Assembly: GCA_963669175.1 (NCBI GenBank)
Contig: OY769902.1
Span: 4,352,001-4,416,000 of the forward strand
Source of the DNA: a bacterium
GTDB lineage: Bacteria > Electryoneota > Electryoneia > Electryoneales > Electryoneaceae
Length of the DNA: 64,000 nt
Direction of reading: 5' to 3'
Both the position numbers and the translations under genes were made by a program. Each line of letters starts with the position of its first letter. The stretch's first letter is position 1. The notes beneath the pieces are model-generated. The model did not search any database, was not told the origin of the DNA, and saw only the letters and a list, made by a program, of their open reading frames with translations. Below are positions 32,101-47,100 of this stretch, piece after piece.

Positions 32101-35100
32101 ACCGTCTGCAGGTGAAGCCAGGTCAAAGTCTTCCGGTGCGCTTCCCGGCTCTCCCAGGTTCACACTGAAGCTCCAGGTCTGGTTCGCCTGTGTCCACATG
32201 CCGTCCGTATCCAGTGCGCGCACAGTCCACCAGTATTCGGTGTTATTCAGACCGAAGAACTCGAAACCGGAACCGGTAAGGTCGCTGGCGATACGTGTGC
32301 CCAACTCATTTTCCACGGTTGAAGCGTAGACATCATAGGTCACAGCTCCACCGTCTGGGTCGGTTGTCGTATTCCAGCTCAGAATGACGCTTTCCTGCGC
32401 GAACACCATGCCGTCATCCGGCCCGGTCAGGTCAAATGCCAGCGGCGGAGTTCCGGGAATAGCGACATCAATATCGAAGCTCCAGCTCTGGTTGGACTGG
32501 GTAACATTGTTGTTGGTATCGCGTGCACGAATCATCCACCAGTAAGTCTGCCCGGTGGTTCCGGTGAAGGTATAGGACGTACCAGCCAACCCGCTGGCGA
32601 TGGGCGCGCCGAATGCGCCCTGTGTGGTTGACACATAGACGCTATAGGTCACATCATCGCCATCCGGGTCGGTTGTCGCGTTCCAGCTCAGATCGACATC
32701 CACCTCCGACGACACATAGCCGCTGTCCGGTGATGCCAGATCAAACGCCAAAGGTGCATCCCCTACCTGGGTCATGTTGATGGTATAGCTCCAGGTCTCA
32801 TTCGCCTGGGTCTGGTGACCATCGGAATCTTTGGCAAATACGGTCCAGTAATACGTCTCACCGTCTTCACCGTTAAAGGTTGTTTCGTTGGTAGCCAGGT
32901 TCCCGGCGATACGAGCGCCAAGGAAACCAAGAATATTGCTTACATACACATCGTAGGTAACATCGTCGCCATCCGGATCAGTGGTCGCATCCCAGGCGAG
33001 ATCAACCGCAAGGGTTGTAATGACACTTGCATCTGCCGGGCTGTTCAGGCTGAAAGTATTCGGCGCATTGCCCGGGATGCTGGTATCAATGCTGAAAGTC
33101 CAGGTCTGGCTGGCCTGGGTGTACATACCGTCTTCATCCACGGCCAGTACGGTCCACCAGTAATCCAGCCCTGTCACGCCGGTATAGCTGTACGAGGTTC
33201 CTGTCAGGTTACCGGCAACACGTGTTCCCAGGAAGCCTGCGACTGTTGAGACGTAAACATCATAGCCAATGTCGCCGCCATCCGGATCAGCCGATTCAAA
33301 CCAGCTCAGGTTGACTTCGGTATTTGGTGACGTATAACCATCATCCGGTCCGGCCAGATCGAAAGCCAATGGCGCCAATCCTGCCGCTGCCCCGGTGTCA
33401 ATATTGAAGCTCCAGGTCTGGTTCGCCTGGGTCCACATGCCGTCTTCATCAACCGCACGAATCGTCCACCAGTAGGATTCACCGTCTGTGCCGGTGAATT
33501 CGTAACTGGTTCCAGTAAGGCCGGAAGCGTAACGTGTGCCAAGGAATCCGAGCTGCTGTGACACGAATACTTCATAGCTGACCGCGCCGTCATCAGGATC
33601 GCTCGAAGCATCCCAACTCAGGGTAATGTTTTCGTACGGTGATGTACTGTTGTTATCCGGCGCTGCCAGATCGAAAGCGACCGGGGCAGTTCCGGGTATG
33701 GTTGTATTAATGGTAAACGACCAGATTTCGCTCGCCTGGGTCCACATACCGTTATCGTCAACAGCACGGATAGTCCAGTATGAGGTCTCGCCGTTGACAC
33801 CGGTGTAGGTATAGGATGTTCCGGTCAGTCCGTTGGCAACACGTGCGCCCAGGTAAGCCGCATCATCGCTGATGTAGACATCGTAACTGACAGCATCACC
33901 ATCTGGATCAGTCGTACCTTCCCAACTCAGATCAATATCTGTGACCGGGGAGATGTAGCCGCTGTCCGGCGAGGCCAGGTGGAACGCCAACGGTGGATCA
34001 CCGGCGATGTCGGTGTTGATGGTGAAGCTGCGGGTTGAGTTTGACTGGGTTTCGTTGTTGCTCTCATCGGAAGCGATTACGGTCCAGTAATAGGTTGAAC
34101 CGTTGGTCCCGGTAAAGGTTGTGCTGGTTCCGGACAGGTTACCCGCGAAACGGGTCCCAAGGAAGCCTGCGACCGATGAGATGTAAACATCATAACTGAT
34201 CGCTTCACCTTCCGGGTCGGTTGTCGCTGCCCAGGTCAGATCCACACTGGTCATCGGGGACAGGTAACCATCTGTCGGACTGGTCAGATCAAAGGCTAAC
34301 GGCGGCTGGTTCGCCTGGGTCGCATCAATGCTGAAGCTCCAGGTCTGATCCGCCTGCGTGTACAGGTGATATGTGTCCAGCGCACGAACCGTCCACCAGT
34401 AGGTTTCGCCTTCTGATCCGCCAAACTCGAAACTGGTTCCGGTCAGGTTGGCTGCGTAGCGTGTGCCAAGTTCACCTTCGATGGTGGATACGTACACATC
34501 ATAAACAACCGCGTCACCATCGGGATCATCCGTGGCTTCCCAACTCAGCAGAACCGATTCATCCGGGGACACATGCCCGTCATCCGGTCCGGTCAGTGCG
34601 AAGCTGTTCGGGACGTTGTTCGCAGGCGGCATGGTGCCGGTGTCGATGCTGAAGGTCCATGTTTCAGTGGACAACGTCGCCAGGTCATTTTCATCGACCG
34701 CACGAATGGTCCAGTAGAATATGTCGCCATCAGCGCCGGTGTACAGCCATGATGTCGCAGTCAAACCTCCAGCCATACGGCTGCCGATGAAGCCTTCAAC
34801 CGTTGACAAATAGACTTCGTAGAACACATCATCGCCATCCGGATCAACCGCAGGTTCCCAACTCAGCAGGACATCGGTCAACGGCGAAACAATACCACTG
34901 TCCGGTCCGGTAAGGCTGAATTCGGCGGGCGGTTGGTTGAAGGGCGGCACAGACCCTGTATTGATAGCGAAGCGCCAGGTTTCGCGCGCTGAGGTAGTTC
35001 CGACATGACCATCCCACGCTTCCACCGTCCAGTAATACGCCTCACCATCAACCCCGGTGAAGGTCCAGGATGTTCCTTCAAGGTCTTCAACTACTGCTGC

Positions 35101-38100
35101 GCCCATGTTCCCAAGGTCGGTGGATACATAGACGTTATAGGAAACATCGTTGCCTTCAGGATCGTTCGACGCTTCCCAACTGAGCAGGATGTCTTCAATG
35201 CCTGAAATTATACCGCTGTCCGGCGCCAGCAGGCTGAACTCGGTTGCGGGAAGGTTCACATCAATGGTGAAGTTCCAGGTCTGGTTCGCCTGGGTAATAC
35301 GTCCGGTTGCATCCACCGCACGTACAGTCCACCAGTATTGAGTATTGTCGTTGCCGGTGAAGGTGTAGGTTGTATCAGTCAAATCCTGCGCGACACGGCT
35401 GCCAAGGAAACCTTCCACCTCTGACATGTAAACGTCGTATGTGATATCATCGCCGTCCGGGTCATCCGTGTCATGCCAGGTTAAATCCACATCCGGGAAG
35501 AACTGAATACTGCCGTCAGCAGGCCCGACTAAATCGAACGGGTTCGGTGCGCTGCCGGGAAGATCGACATCAATGGTAAAGCTCCAGGTCTGGCTGGCTT
35601 GACGGTCGTTGCCGTTGCCGTCAGAAGCGCGTACAGTCCAGTACCAGGTTTCACCATCAGCCCCGGTAAAGGTCCAGGATGTTCCGGCAAGGTCTATAAC
35701 GTCAGCCGTACCCAGATCAGCAGGATCATCGGACACATAGACCGAGTAGCTAACATCATCGCCATCAGGATCGGTTGTTGCCTGCCAGCTCAGGGTCACA
35801 TCGGTTGTGGGCGATGTGCTGCCGCTGTCCGGCGCTGTAAGGTTGAACGCTACCGGCGGCTGACCGACTACAGTGTTCTGAATGCTGAAGGACCAGGTTT
35901 CCGTGGATTGGGTTTCACGTCCGCTCGCATCCACTGCCATCACGGTCCACCAGTAGGTCTCCCCCGGTGTACCGTTATAAGCCAATGTGGTAAAGGGTAA
36001 TCCACTGGCAACACGAGTGCCGATGAAACCATCCACCGTACTCAAGTAGACATCGTACGTAATTGCGCCGCCGTCCGGGTCTGTCGATTGCTGCCAGACC
36101 ATATTGACCAGCGAGTTGGGTGAACTGAATCCGTTCACCGGGCTCACCAGCGAGAATGCCGTCGGTGGGTTGGTTGCCTGCGTCAGGTCAATCGAGAAGC
36201 TCCAGCTTTCCGATGCCTGGGTGGCATTGCCCGCTTCATCACGTGCAATCACGGTCCAGTAGAACAGGTCGTTATCAGCGCCGGTATAGGTGTAGCTGGT
36301 ACCATCCAGATCCGATGCGATGCGTGTGCCGATGAATCCGGATACTGCACTCAGGTACAGATCGTAGACAATGTCCCCGCCTTCCGGATCAGAAGATGCA
36401 GCCCAGCTCAACAGGACATCATTGACCGGGTTGACATGGCCATCGTCCGGGCTGACCAGAGAGAAAGCTTCCGGTGCAAGGTTGGCTGTTCCAGTATCAA
36501 TGCTGAAGGACCAGGTTTCACTGGACTGCGTGCTGTTGTTGTTCGGATCGGAAGCGATCACGGTCCAGTACAACAGGTCTCCATCAGTGCCAGAACAGGT
36601 ATAGCTGGTACCATTGAGGCCCGAAGCTACCTGTGTACCGATGAATCCGACGATATCACTTACGTAAACATCGTAGCTGACCTCTTCCCCATCCGGGTCA
36701 GTCGTCGCTTCCCAACTGAGCAGAACATCCGTGCTCGGGGATACCCAACCGTTGTCCGGCGCGACAAGGCTGAACGCCAACGGGGCATTGTTCGCCTGGG
36801 TTAAATCAATCTCGAAAGACCAGGTATCGGTTGACTGTGTCGTGTTTCCTGCTTCGTCGGAAGCGATCACAGTCCAGTAATACGTTGTGTTATCACTGCC
36901 GGTATGGCTGTAGCTGGTACCAGTAAGACCATCCACCACTCGAGTACCCAGGAAACCGGGTACGGTCGAAATGTAGACGTCATAACTAACTGATGCGCCT
37001 TCAGGATCACTGGAAGTTTCCCAGGTCAACAGCACATCGGTAACCGGTGAAACGAAACCGTCTGACGGGCTGGCAAGAGTAAATGCATCCGGCGCCTGGT
37101 TGGCGTTGGTAATATCAATGCTGAACGCCCAGTTCTCCGTGGATTGAGTGGTATTGCCAAACGCATCAACCGCGCGAACAGTCCAGTACCAGGCCTCACC
37201 GTCGTTGCCGGAATAACTGTAGCTGGTTCCGGTCAAACCACTGGCGATACGGGTGCCGATATCGGTCGAGGTCGGGCTGAGATAGAGTTCGTAGGTCAGC
37301 GCGTCACCATCAGGATCAGTCGTAGCCTGCCAACTCAGAATAACATCGGTATTCGGTGATATCCAGCCGGAATCCGGCGCCACAAGGCTGAAAGCTAACG
37401 GTGCATTATTGGCTTGAGCGATATCAATCTCGAAAGACCAGGTATCGGACGATTGTGTGGTATTACCCGCTTCATCGGCGGCAATTACAGTCCAGTAACA
37501 GGTCGTGTTGTCACTGCCGGTAAAGGTGTAGCTGGTTCCGGTAAGGTCATCCGCGACACGAGTGCCAAGGAATCCGGCAACGGTGGAAGCGTAAACGTCG
37601 TAGGTAACCGTTGTGCCTTCCGGGTCCGTGGTCGCTTCCCAGGTCATCAGAACATCGGTAACCGGTGAAACGAAACCATCTGTCGGGCTGGCCAGGGTAA
37701 ACGCATCCGGTGGCTGGTTGGCATTGGTGATATCAACGCTGAAAGACCAGCTTTCGGTCGATTGCGTTGTATTGCCAAAGGAATCCACCGCGCGAATCGT
37801 CCAGAACCAGGTCTCGCCATCGTTGCCGGAATAGCTGTAGCTGCTTCCGGTCAGGCCACTGGCGATACGAGTGCCAATATCAGTTGAAATCGGACTGACG
37901 TACACTTCGTAGGTAATTGCGTCACCATCAGGATCGGTAGTGTTTTCCCAACTCAGGATCACATCCGTACTCGGCGATACCCAACCATCATCCGGAGATA
38001 CCAGGTTGAAAGCCAAGGGCGCACTGTTGGCCTGGGTCAGGTCAATTTCGAAAGACCAGGTGTCGGTGGACTGGGTGGTGTTGCCCGCTTCATCGGACGC

Positions 38101-41100
38101 GATCACGGTCCAGTAATAGGTCGTGTTATCGCTACCGGTGAAGGTATAGCTGGTCCCGGTCAGATCGTCCGCAATCCGTGTTCCGAGGAAACCGGCAACA
38201 GTCGATGCGTACACATCATAGCTAACCGTGGTTCCTTCCGGATCGCTTGAAGCTTCCCAGGTCATCAATACATTCGTAACAGGCGATACGAAGCCGTCCG
38301 TTGGGCTGGCAAGCGTAAAGGCTACCGGCGGCTGGTTGGCATTGGTGATATCAATGCTGAAAGACCAGCTTTCGCTCGATTGCGTTGTATTGCCAAAGGC
38401 ATCCACGGCGCGGATGGTCCAGTACCAGGTCTCGCCATCGTTGCCGGAATAGCTGTAGCTGCTTCCGGTGAGGCCATCGACGATACGAGTGCCAATATCG
38501 GTTGAAGTCGTGCTGAGGTAGACTTCATAGGTAACTGCATCACCATCGGGATCGGTTGACGTTTCCCAACTCAGGATTACATCCGTACTTGGCGATACCC
38601 ACTCGTCATCCGGTGCAACCAGCGAAAAAGCGGCAGGTGCGTTGTTGGCCTGGGTCAGGTCAATTTCGAAAGACCAGGTGTCGGTGGACTGGGTGGTATT
38701 GCCAGCTTCGTCGGAAGCGATCACGGTCCAGTTATAAGTCGTGTTGTCACTGCCGGTATACGTATAGCTGGTGCCGGTCAGGTCATCTGCGATACGTGTG
38801 CCAAGGAATCCAACAACAGTCGATGCGTACACATCATAGGTGACCGTAGTGCCTTCCGGGTCACTCGACGCTTCCCAGGTCAGCAGCACATCGGTATCCG
38901 GGGAAACAAAGCCATCCGTGGGGCTGGCAAGCGTGAAGGCTACCGGCGGTTGGTTCGCGTTGGCGATGTTGATACTGAACGCCCAGGTCTCAGTGGACTG
39001 GGTTGTATTACCGAAGGCATCCACCGCGCGAATGGTCCAGTACCAGGTCTCGCCATCATTTCCTGCATAGCTGTAGCTGGTTCCGGTCAGGCCACTGGCG
39101 ATACGAGTACCGATATCGGTTGAGGTTGTGCTGAGATAGAGCTCGTAGGTCAGCGCGTCTCCGTCAGGATCAGTTGAAGCTTCCCAGCTCAACAATACAT
39201 CCGTAGCGGGAGAAATCCAGCCAGAATCCGGCGCTGCGAGTGAGAAGGCGGTCGGCGCGTTGTTCGCCTGGGTCAAGTCAATCTCGAAGGACCAGGTGTC
39301 GGTGGCTTGCGTGGTATTACCCGCTTCGTCGGCGGCAATCACGGTCCAGTAGTATGTCGTGTTATCACTGCCGGTGAAGGTGTAGCTGCTTCCGGTCAGG
39401 TCATCGGCAATCCGTGTCCCAAGGAATCCGGCAACAGTGGATGCGTAGACATCGTAGGCAACCGTAGTTCCTTCCGGATCACTGGACGCTCCCCAGGTCA
39501 GCAGCACATTCGTTACAGGCGACACGAAGCCGTCCGTCGGGCTGGCAAGCGTAAAGGCTGCCGGCGGCTGGTTGGCGTTGGCAAGGTTGATGCTGAAGGA
39601 ACGTGTCTGGTTGGACTCGGTCGCGTTACCAAAGCTGTCCACGGCACGAATTGTCCAATACCATGCTTCCCCATCGTTGCCGGAATAGCTGTAGCTGGTT
39701 CCGGTCAGGCCATCAGCGATACGTGTTCCGATATCGGTTGAAGTCGTGCTGAGATACACTTCATAGGAAACCGCATCACCATCGGGATCGGTTGATGCTT
39801 CCCAGCTCAGGATAATGTCGGTACTCGGCGACACCCAGCCGTCATCCGGGGATACAAGGTTGAACGCCACGGGCGCATTGTTCGCCTGCGTCAAGTCGAT
39901 CTCGAAAGACCATGTATCGGTTGACTGCGTGGTGTTGCCCACTTCATCGGCGGCGATCACAGTCCAGTAAAACATTGTGTTGTCGCTGCCGGTGAAGGTG
40001 TAGCTGCTTCCGGTCAGATCATCTGCAATTCGGGTTCCAAGGAATCCGGCAACAGTCGATGTGTACACATCGTATACGATCGTGGTGCCTTCTGGATCGC
40101 TGGAAGCACCCCAAGTCAGCAGGACATCGGCATCAGGTGAGACAAAGCCATCACTCGGGCTGGCAAGCGTAAAGGCCACCGGCGGCTGGTTGGCATTGGC
40201 AAGGTTGATGCTGAAGGATCGTGTCTGGGTAGATGCTGTCGCATTACCGAAGCTGTCCACCGCACGAATGGTCCAGTACCAGGATTCTCCGTCGTTCCCG
40301 GTATAGCTGTAGCTGGTTCCGGTCAGGCCATCCGCGATACGTGTGCCGATATCGGTTGATGTGGCGCTCAGGTAAACTTCATAGCTCACCGCGTCACCAT
40401 CAGGATCGGTCGTGCTTTCCCAACTGAACAGCACATTGACGCTCGGCGACACCCAGCCGTCATCCGGGGATACCAGGTTGAAGGCCAACGGCGCGTTGTT
40501 CGCCTGCGTCTGATCAATTTCAAAGGACCATGTATCGTCGGCATAAGTTGAATTGCCGTTCTCGTCGTAAGCAATGATGGTCCAGTAATATGTTGTATTG
40601 TTTGTTCCGCTGTACGTGTAGCTCGGGACTGTCAAACCATCCGCTACCCGGGTTCCGAGGAAACCGGAAACGGTTGACATATAGACATCGTAGGATACCG
40701 CAGATCCTTCCGGGTCGGTGGAGGTTTCCCAAGTCATCAACACATCAGTGGTCGGGGAAACGAAACCGTCACTCGGGCTGGCCAAGGCAAACGCAGTCGG
40801 CGGCTGGTTGGCCGTGGAGGTGTTGATATTAAAGCTCCAGGTCTGGTCCGCCGTGGTCATATTGTTATCCGGATCCTTTGCGTAGACAGTCCAGAACAGG
40901 GTATCAAGATTGCTGCCGTTGTAGCTGTAGCTGGTTCCGGCCAGATTACCCGCAACTCTCGTCCCGATTACGCCTTCTGCATCACTCACGTACACATCAT
41001 ACAACACGGCATCGCCATCAGGATCAACGGATGCGTTCCAGCTCAACGGTACAACGGTACTCGGTGAGGTCCAGCCACTGTCCGGCGCGACCAGCGCAAA

Positions 41101-44100
41101 GGCGCCGGGAGCATTGCCCGGATTGGCAGTATGAACCTGGAAACGCCAGATCTGGTTTGCCTGGGTTTCGTTGCCGATAGGATCACGTGCGATCACTGTC
41201 CAACGGTATGGAGTATCATGAATACCCGTGTAGGTGTAGGAAGTATTCGTCAATCCTGTCGCAACCGGGCTTTCAAATAACTGGCCTGTTGCGACATTGA
41301 CATACAGATCGTAAACCACGTCATCCCCGTTGGGATCAGTGGTTGGATACCAGGTCAACAGCACATCTTCTGTCGGAATCATCGCGCCGCTGTCCGGGCT
41401 GGCAAGGTTGAATGCCAGCGGAGCCTGTCCGGCAAGGCTGGTGTCGACTGTAAAGCTCCACAGCTCATTGGCTTGCACGATATTGCCGTGGCCGTCATCT
41501 ACTCGCACGGTCCACCAGTAGGTGTTGCCATGTTCACCGGTGAAGGTCCAGGTTGAATCGGTCAGGTCATCGGCATCGGGCGTACCTAAATTGCCCTGAT
41601 CAGTGCTGACAAATACATCGTAGAACAACAGGTCGCCGTCAGCGTCACTGGAGAATTCCCAGCTCAACTGCACATCAAACCACGGCGAAGTCGTTCCGCT
41701 GTCCGGAAGAGCCAGGCTGAATGCCGCCGGGGCTTCTTCCACATAAATATCAAAGGAGAACGTATCGGACGCGGCGGTCGTATTGCCGTTGCCGTCATCC
41801 GCGATAACCGTCCACCAGTAGGATTCGTTATCAATTCCGGTGAAGGCGTAGAACGTATCCGCCAAATCAGACTGGTAAGCTGTACCCAGGTTGCCCGGTG
41901 TGGTTGACAGGTAGAGATCGTAGCTGACCACATCACCATCGGGGTCAACCGAAGTATCCCATGTCAGCAGGACTTCCGTGGCCGGTGCCGTTGAACCGTC
42001 CGCAGGAGTCACAAGGGTGAATACTCCCGGCACTTCTTCCACGTATATACTGAAGCTGAAGGTATCCGGGGCGGCGGTTTCGTTGGCGTTGGCATCAGAT
42101 GCGATTACTGTCCACCAGTACTGAGTATCATCTGCTCCGATGAAGTCAAACGTGGTATCGGTCAGGCCGGACTGATATGGTGCGGCCAATGCTCCAAGCG
42201 TGGTTCCGAGATACAGGTCGTAGGTGACCGCATCGCCATCAGGATCAGATGTGGATGTCCAGACCAGTTCGATCTCGGTTACGCCAGATACATGTCCGCT
42301 GTCCGGGCTGACCAATGTGAAAGCTGCCGGGAATTCTTCCACGTAGATACTGAATGAGAACGTATCGCTGGCAGCAACGGTATTGCCGTTGCCGTCATCC
42401 GCGATCACGGTCCACCAGTATTGCGTGTCGTCGCTACCATTGAAACTGTAAGTCGTATCGCTCAAGTCCGCCGCAATCGGCGCACCGAGGTTTGCTGCAT
42501 CAGTGCTGACATACAGATCATAAGTGATCAGATCGCTGTCCAGATCGCTGGTACTCTGCCAGACAAGGTCGAAGGTCGCAACAGGTTCAACTGTAGCATC
42601 GGCCGGTGTCAGCAGGGTGAAAGCGTCCGGGATATCTTCGACATCAATATCGAAGCTCCAGGTCTGGGAAGCCTGCACCGTGTTTCCGTTGCCGTCATTG
42701 ACCTCAACCGTCCACCAGTACCGGGTGTCATCCAGCCCGGTGAAAGTGTATGCAGTATCGGTCAGGCCGGTGGCAATGGCAGCGCCCAGGTTACCCGCAT
42801 CGGTGCTGACATAGAGATCATAGGTCAGCGCATCGCCATCGGGATCAGTCGACGAGGTCCAGCTCAGCGCAACATTATAATCCGGTTCGACGTTGCCGCT
42901 ATCGGGTGTTGCCAATGCGAAAGCAGACGGCGGTTCTTCGATATAAATCTCGAAGCTCCAGGTCTGGTCGGCCGGTGTGTCGTTGTTCTGGTCATCCAGT
43001 GCGATAACCGTCCACCAGTACTGAGTATCATCAGTTCCGGTAAAGGTGTATGTCGTGTCAGTCAGGTCGCTGGCAATTGCCGTCCCGAGGTTGCCCGGAT
43101 CTGTTGTAACGTAAAGATCGTAGACAACAGGATGATTGTCCGGATCAAGCGAAGACTGCCAGACCAGATCAACAGTAGATGTACCGGAAGTGTACCCATC
43201 GGCAGGGCTCAACAGGTTGAAGGGATCAGGCGCTTCTTCCACGTAGATGCTGAAGGTACGTGTTGAGTTCGCCATGGTCTGGTTGCCGCTGGGATCATTG
43301 GCACGTACTGTCCACCAGTACTGTGTATCGTCGTTCCCATTAAAGATCCAGCTTGTGGCCGTCACCCCCGTTTGCACCGGAGCCCCCAGATCGCCGGGGT
43401 CTGAGCTCACGAAGACATCATAGGTTACAACATCGCCATCGGGATCAACCGCTGCTGTCCATTGCAGGCTTACGGCCGCGTTTGAACGAACCGCACCGTT
43501 TACCGGAGCCAGCAGGCTGAACGCTTCAGGCGCTTCCTGAACATAAATACTGAAGCTCCATACGCCTGTGGCAGCTTGTGTTTCGCTACCGTTGCCATCC
43601 TTGGCGTATACCGTCCAGTAGTAGGTGGAATCATCATCGCCGGTGTACAGATAGGTGTTTGTGGTCAAATCACTGGCAACCGGAGTGCCCAGGTTACCTG
43701 CATCACGACTGACATAGACATCATAGGTCACCGCATCCCCATCCGGGTCAGTGGTTGTCTGCCATTGCAGGGTCAGGGCCGCATTCGGTGAAACCGCTCC
43801 ACTGGCGGGGCTGATCATGTTGAAAGCAAGCGGGGCTTCTTCGACATGGATCATGAAACGCCATGTTTGGGAAGCATCGGTCTCGTTCCCGTTGCTGTCG
43901 ATCGCCTTAACAGTCCAGTAGTAGGTGGAATCATCCAGACCGATATAGGTGTAGGCCGCTGTGGCAAGATCTGAGGCGACCGGCGTGCCCAGGTTACCCG
44001 CATCACGACTGACATACACATCATACGTCACATCGTCGCCATCAGGATCTGGCGCTGCTTCCCAGGTAAGATCCACTGCCAGTGTTGGTGAAGTGGTTCC

Positions 44101-47100
44101 GTTGCCCGGTGTCAGCAGGTTGAATGCTGCTGGGGATTCTTCCACATAGATACTGAAGGACCAGGTTTCACTGGCCTGGGTTTCGTTACCATTGGTATCA
44201 CTGGCGCGAACTGTCCAGAAATACTGTGTATCATCGTTACCGTTAAAGGTGTAAGTCGTAACGGTCAAATCACTGGCAACCGGAGTGCCCAGGTTACCTG
44301 CATCGGTGGAAACGTAAACATCATACGTCACCGCATCGCCGTCCGGGTCTGTGGTGCCGTTCCAGCTCAGGTTCACTACCGCTGTTGCCGAGACAGTACC
44401 GTTGGCCGGGCTGATCAGGTTGAATGCCAGAGGAACTTCTTCCACATAGACATCGAAGTACCAGGTCTGGTTGGCCTGGGTTTCGTTGCCATTGGTATCC
44501 TTGGCGCGAACCGTCCAGTAGTAACGCGTATCATCAGAACCGTTGAAGGTATAAGAGGCTGCTGCAAGATCACTGGCGACCGGGCTGCCAAGGTTTCCGG
44601 CATCGGTGGAAACGTAAACATCATACGTGACCGCATCGCCATCCGGGTCGGTTACCGTATCCCATGCAAGATCCATACTGGTCGTAGGCGATACTGCCGC
44701 ATTGGACGGGCTGGTCAGGTTGAAGGCTGTTGGCGCTTCTTCCACATAAATTTCAAAGGACCAGGTTTCGCTGGCCGGGGTGACATTGCTGTTCGGATCT
44801 TTGGCTCGGACTGTCCAGTAATATGTCGTGTTGTCTGAGCCGGTGTAGGTGTAGCTGGTCGCAGTGCGGTTGATCGCAACCGGTGTGCCCAGGTTGCCCG
44901 CATCAGTGCTGACATAGATATCGTAGCGAACCGCATCGCCATCAGGATCGACAGAAGCATTCCACTGAAGTGTTACCGACGTTGACGGCATCACCTGCCC
45001 GTCAGTCGGAGCACTCAGGCTGAACGCTCCCGGCGCTTCCTCAACATAGGTCTCGAACCACCATACCTGGCTCGCCTGCGTTTCGTTTCCGTTGGTGTCT
45101 TTCGCGCGTACAGTCCAGTAATACTGCGTATCGTCGCTACCGTTGAACGTGTAGTTCGTTACAGTCAGATCACTGGCAACCGGAGTTCCCAGGTTTCCGG
45201 CATCGGTGGAAACGTATACATCATAGGTAATAGCATCGCCATCCGGGTCGGTTGTCGCAGCCCAGACCAGGTTCACCGTAGCCGATGCGGTTACCGTCGC
45301 GTTAGTCGGACTGCTAAGGCTGAAGGCATTTGGCGCTTGTTCCACATAAATACTGAAACTGCGTGTTTCGTTCGCCGCGGTTTCGTTGCTGTGGTTGTCA
45401 TGCGCACGAACTGTCCAGTAGTATGTCTGGTCGTCACTAGCCGTATAGGTCCACTGTGTCGCGTTCAGGTTGGTGGCTATAGCCGTTCCCAGGTTACCTG
45501 CGTCCGTGCTGACGTACACATCATACCGAACCGGATCGCCATCGGGATCAACCGAAGCATTCCACTGGAGAGTTACCGAGGTTGACGGCATCACTTGCCC
45601 GTCAGCCGGGCTACTCAGGCTGAACGCTCCTGGCGCTTCTTCCACATAAATATCGAAGTAGCGAGTCTGGTTTGCTGGGGTCTCGTTGCCGTTCGGGTCT
45701 TTGGCGCGAACTGTCCAGTAATAGCGAGTATCATCGTTACCGGCGAAGTCATAGGTCGTGACAGTCAGATCCGAAGCAACCGGGCTGCCCAGGTTGCCCG
45801 CATCGGTGGAAACGTAAACATCATAGGTAACTGCATCGCCATCCGGGTCAGTGGTCGCATTCCAGCTCAGACTTACCGTTGCAGTTCCCGAAACAATCGC
45901 GTTTGCCGGACTGACAAGGTTGAATACCAGCGGCGCTTCTTCGATGTAAATGCTGAAGCTTCGGGTTTCCCCTGCTGCGGTTGAGTTGCCGTGGTTGTCA
46001 CGTGCCTGCACGGTCCAGTAGTAGCTCACGTCATCACTGCCTGACCAGGTCCACTGGGTTGCGCTGATGCCGGTAGCTACCGGCATTCCCAGGTTACCTG
46101 CATCGGTGCTGACATACACATCATATACGACAGGATCGCCATCCGGTTCAACCGAAGCAGTCCATTGCAGGACAACCGAAATGGACGTCATCACTTGTCC
46201 GTCAGCCGGGTTGCTCAGGTTGAATGCTCCGGGCGCTTCTTCCACGTAAATATCGAAATAGCGAGTCTGGTTGGCAGAAGTTTCGTTGCCGTTGGGATCC
46301 TTGGCAACAATCGTCCAGTAGTAGCGCGTATCGTCGCTTCCAGTAAAATCGTATGTGGTTACTGTCAGATCAGAGGCAACCGGCGTTCCCAGGTTACCCG
46401 CATCGGTGCTGACATAGACATCATACGTTACCGCGTCACCATCCGGGTCAGTTGTGGTGGCCCAGCTCAGGGATAGGGTTGCTGTTCCGGAAACCACGCC
46501 ATTGGCAGGACTGGTCAGGTTAAACGCCAGCGGACTCTGTTCGTAGTAGATACTGAAGGAACGGGTCTCCCCCACTGGCGTGGAGTTGCTGTGATTATCC
46601 TTCGCAACAATCGTCCACCAGTATTGGGTATCGTCTTCACCGTCAAACGTGTAGGTCGTGCTGGAAACATTGGAAGCAACCGGAGTTCCCAAATCGCCGG
46701 GATCGGTTGAAATGTATACATCGTAACTGACCGGATCGCCATCCGCATCAGTTGACGCTGTCCAACTCAAGGCAACCATCGTATCCGGTGAGACAAATCC
46801 GTCGGCAGGCGCAATCAGTGAGAAGGCGCTGGGGGCTTCTTCCACATAGATACTGAAGTTCCAGGTGTTGTCCGCCCACACGGTGTTGCCATGATTATCG
46901 CTGGCAGCCACCGTCCACCAGTACTGCGTATCATCACTTCCGGTGTATTCCCAGGTTGTATCAACGATATTTGAAGCGACCTCGACCATGGTACCAACCG
47001 TTGTCCCCAGGAAGATATCATAGGTAACCGGGTCGCCATCAGGATCTACCGAGGTTTCCCAGACTAGATCTATGGTCTGTGCAGGTGAAATCCAGCCGGA

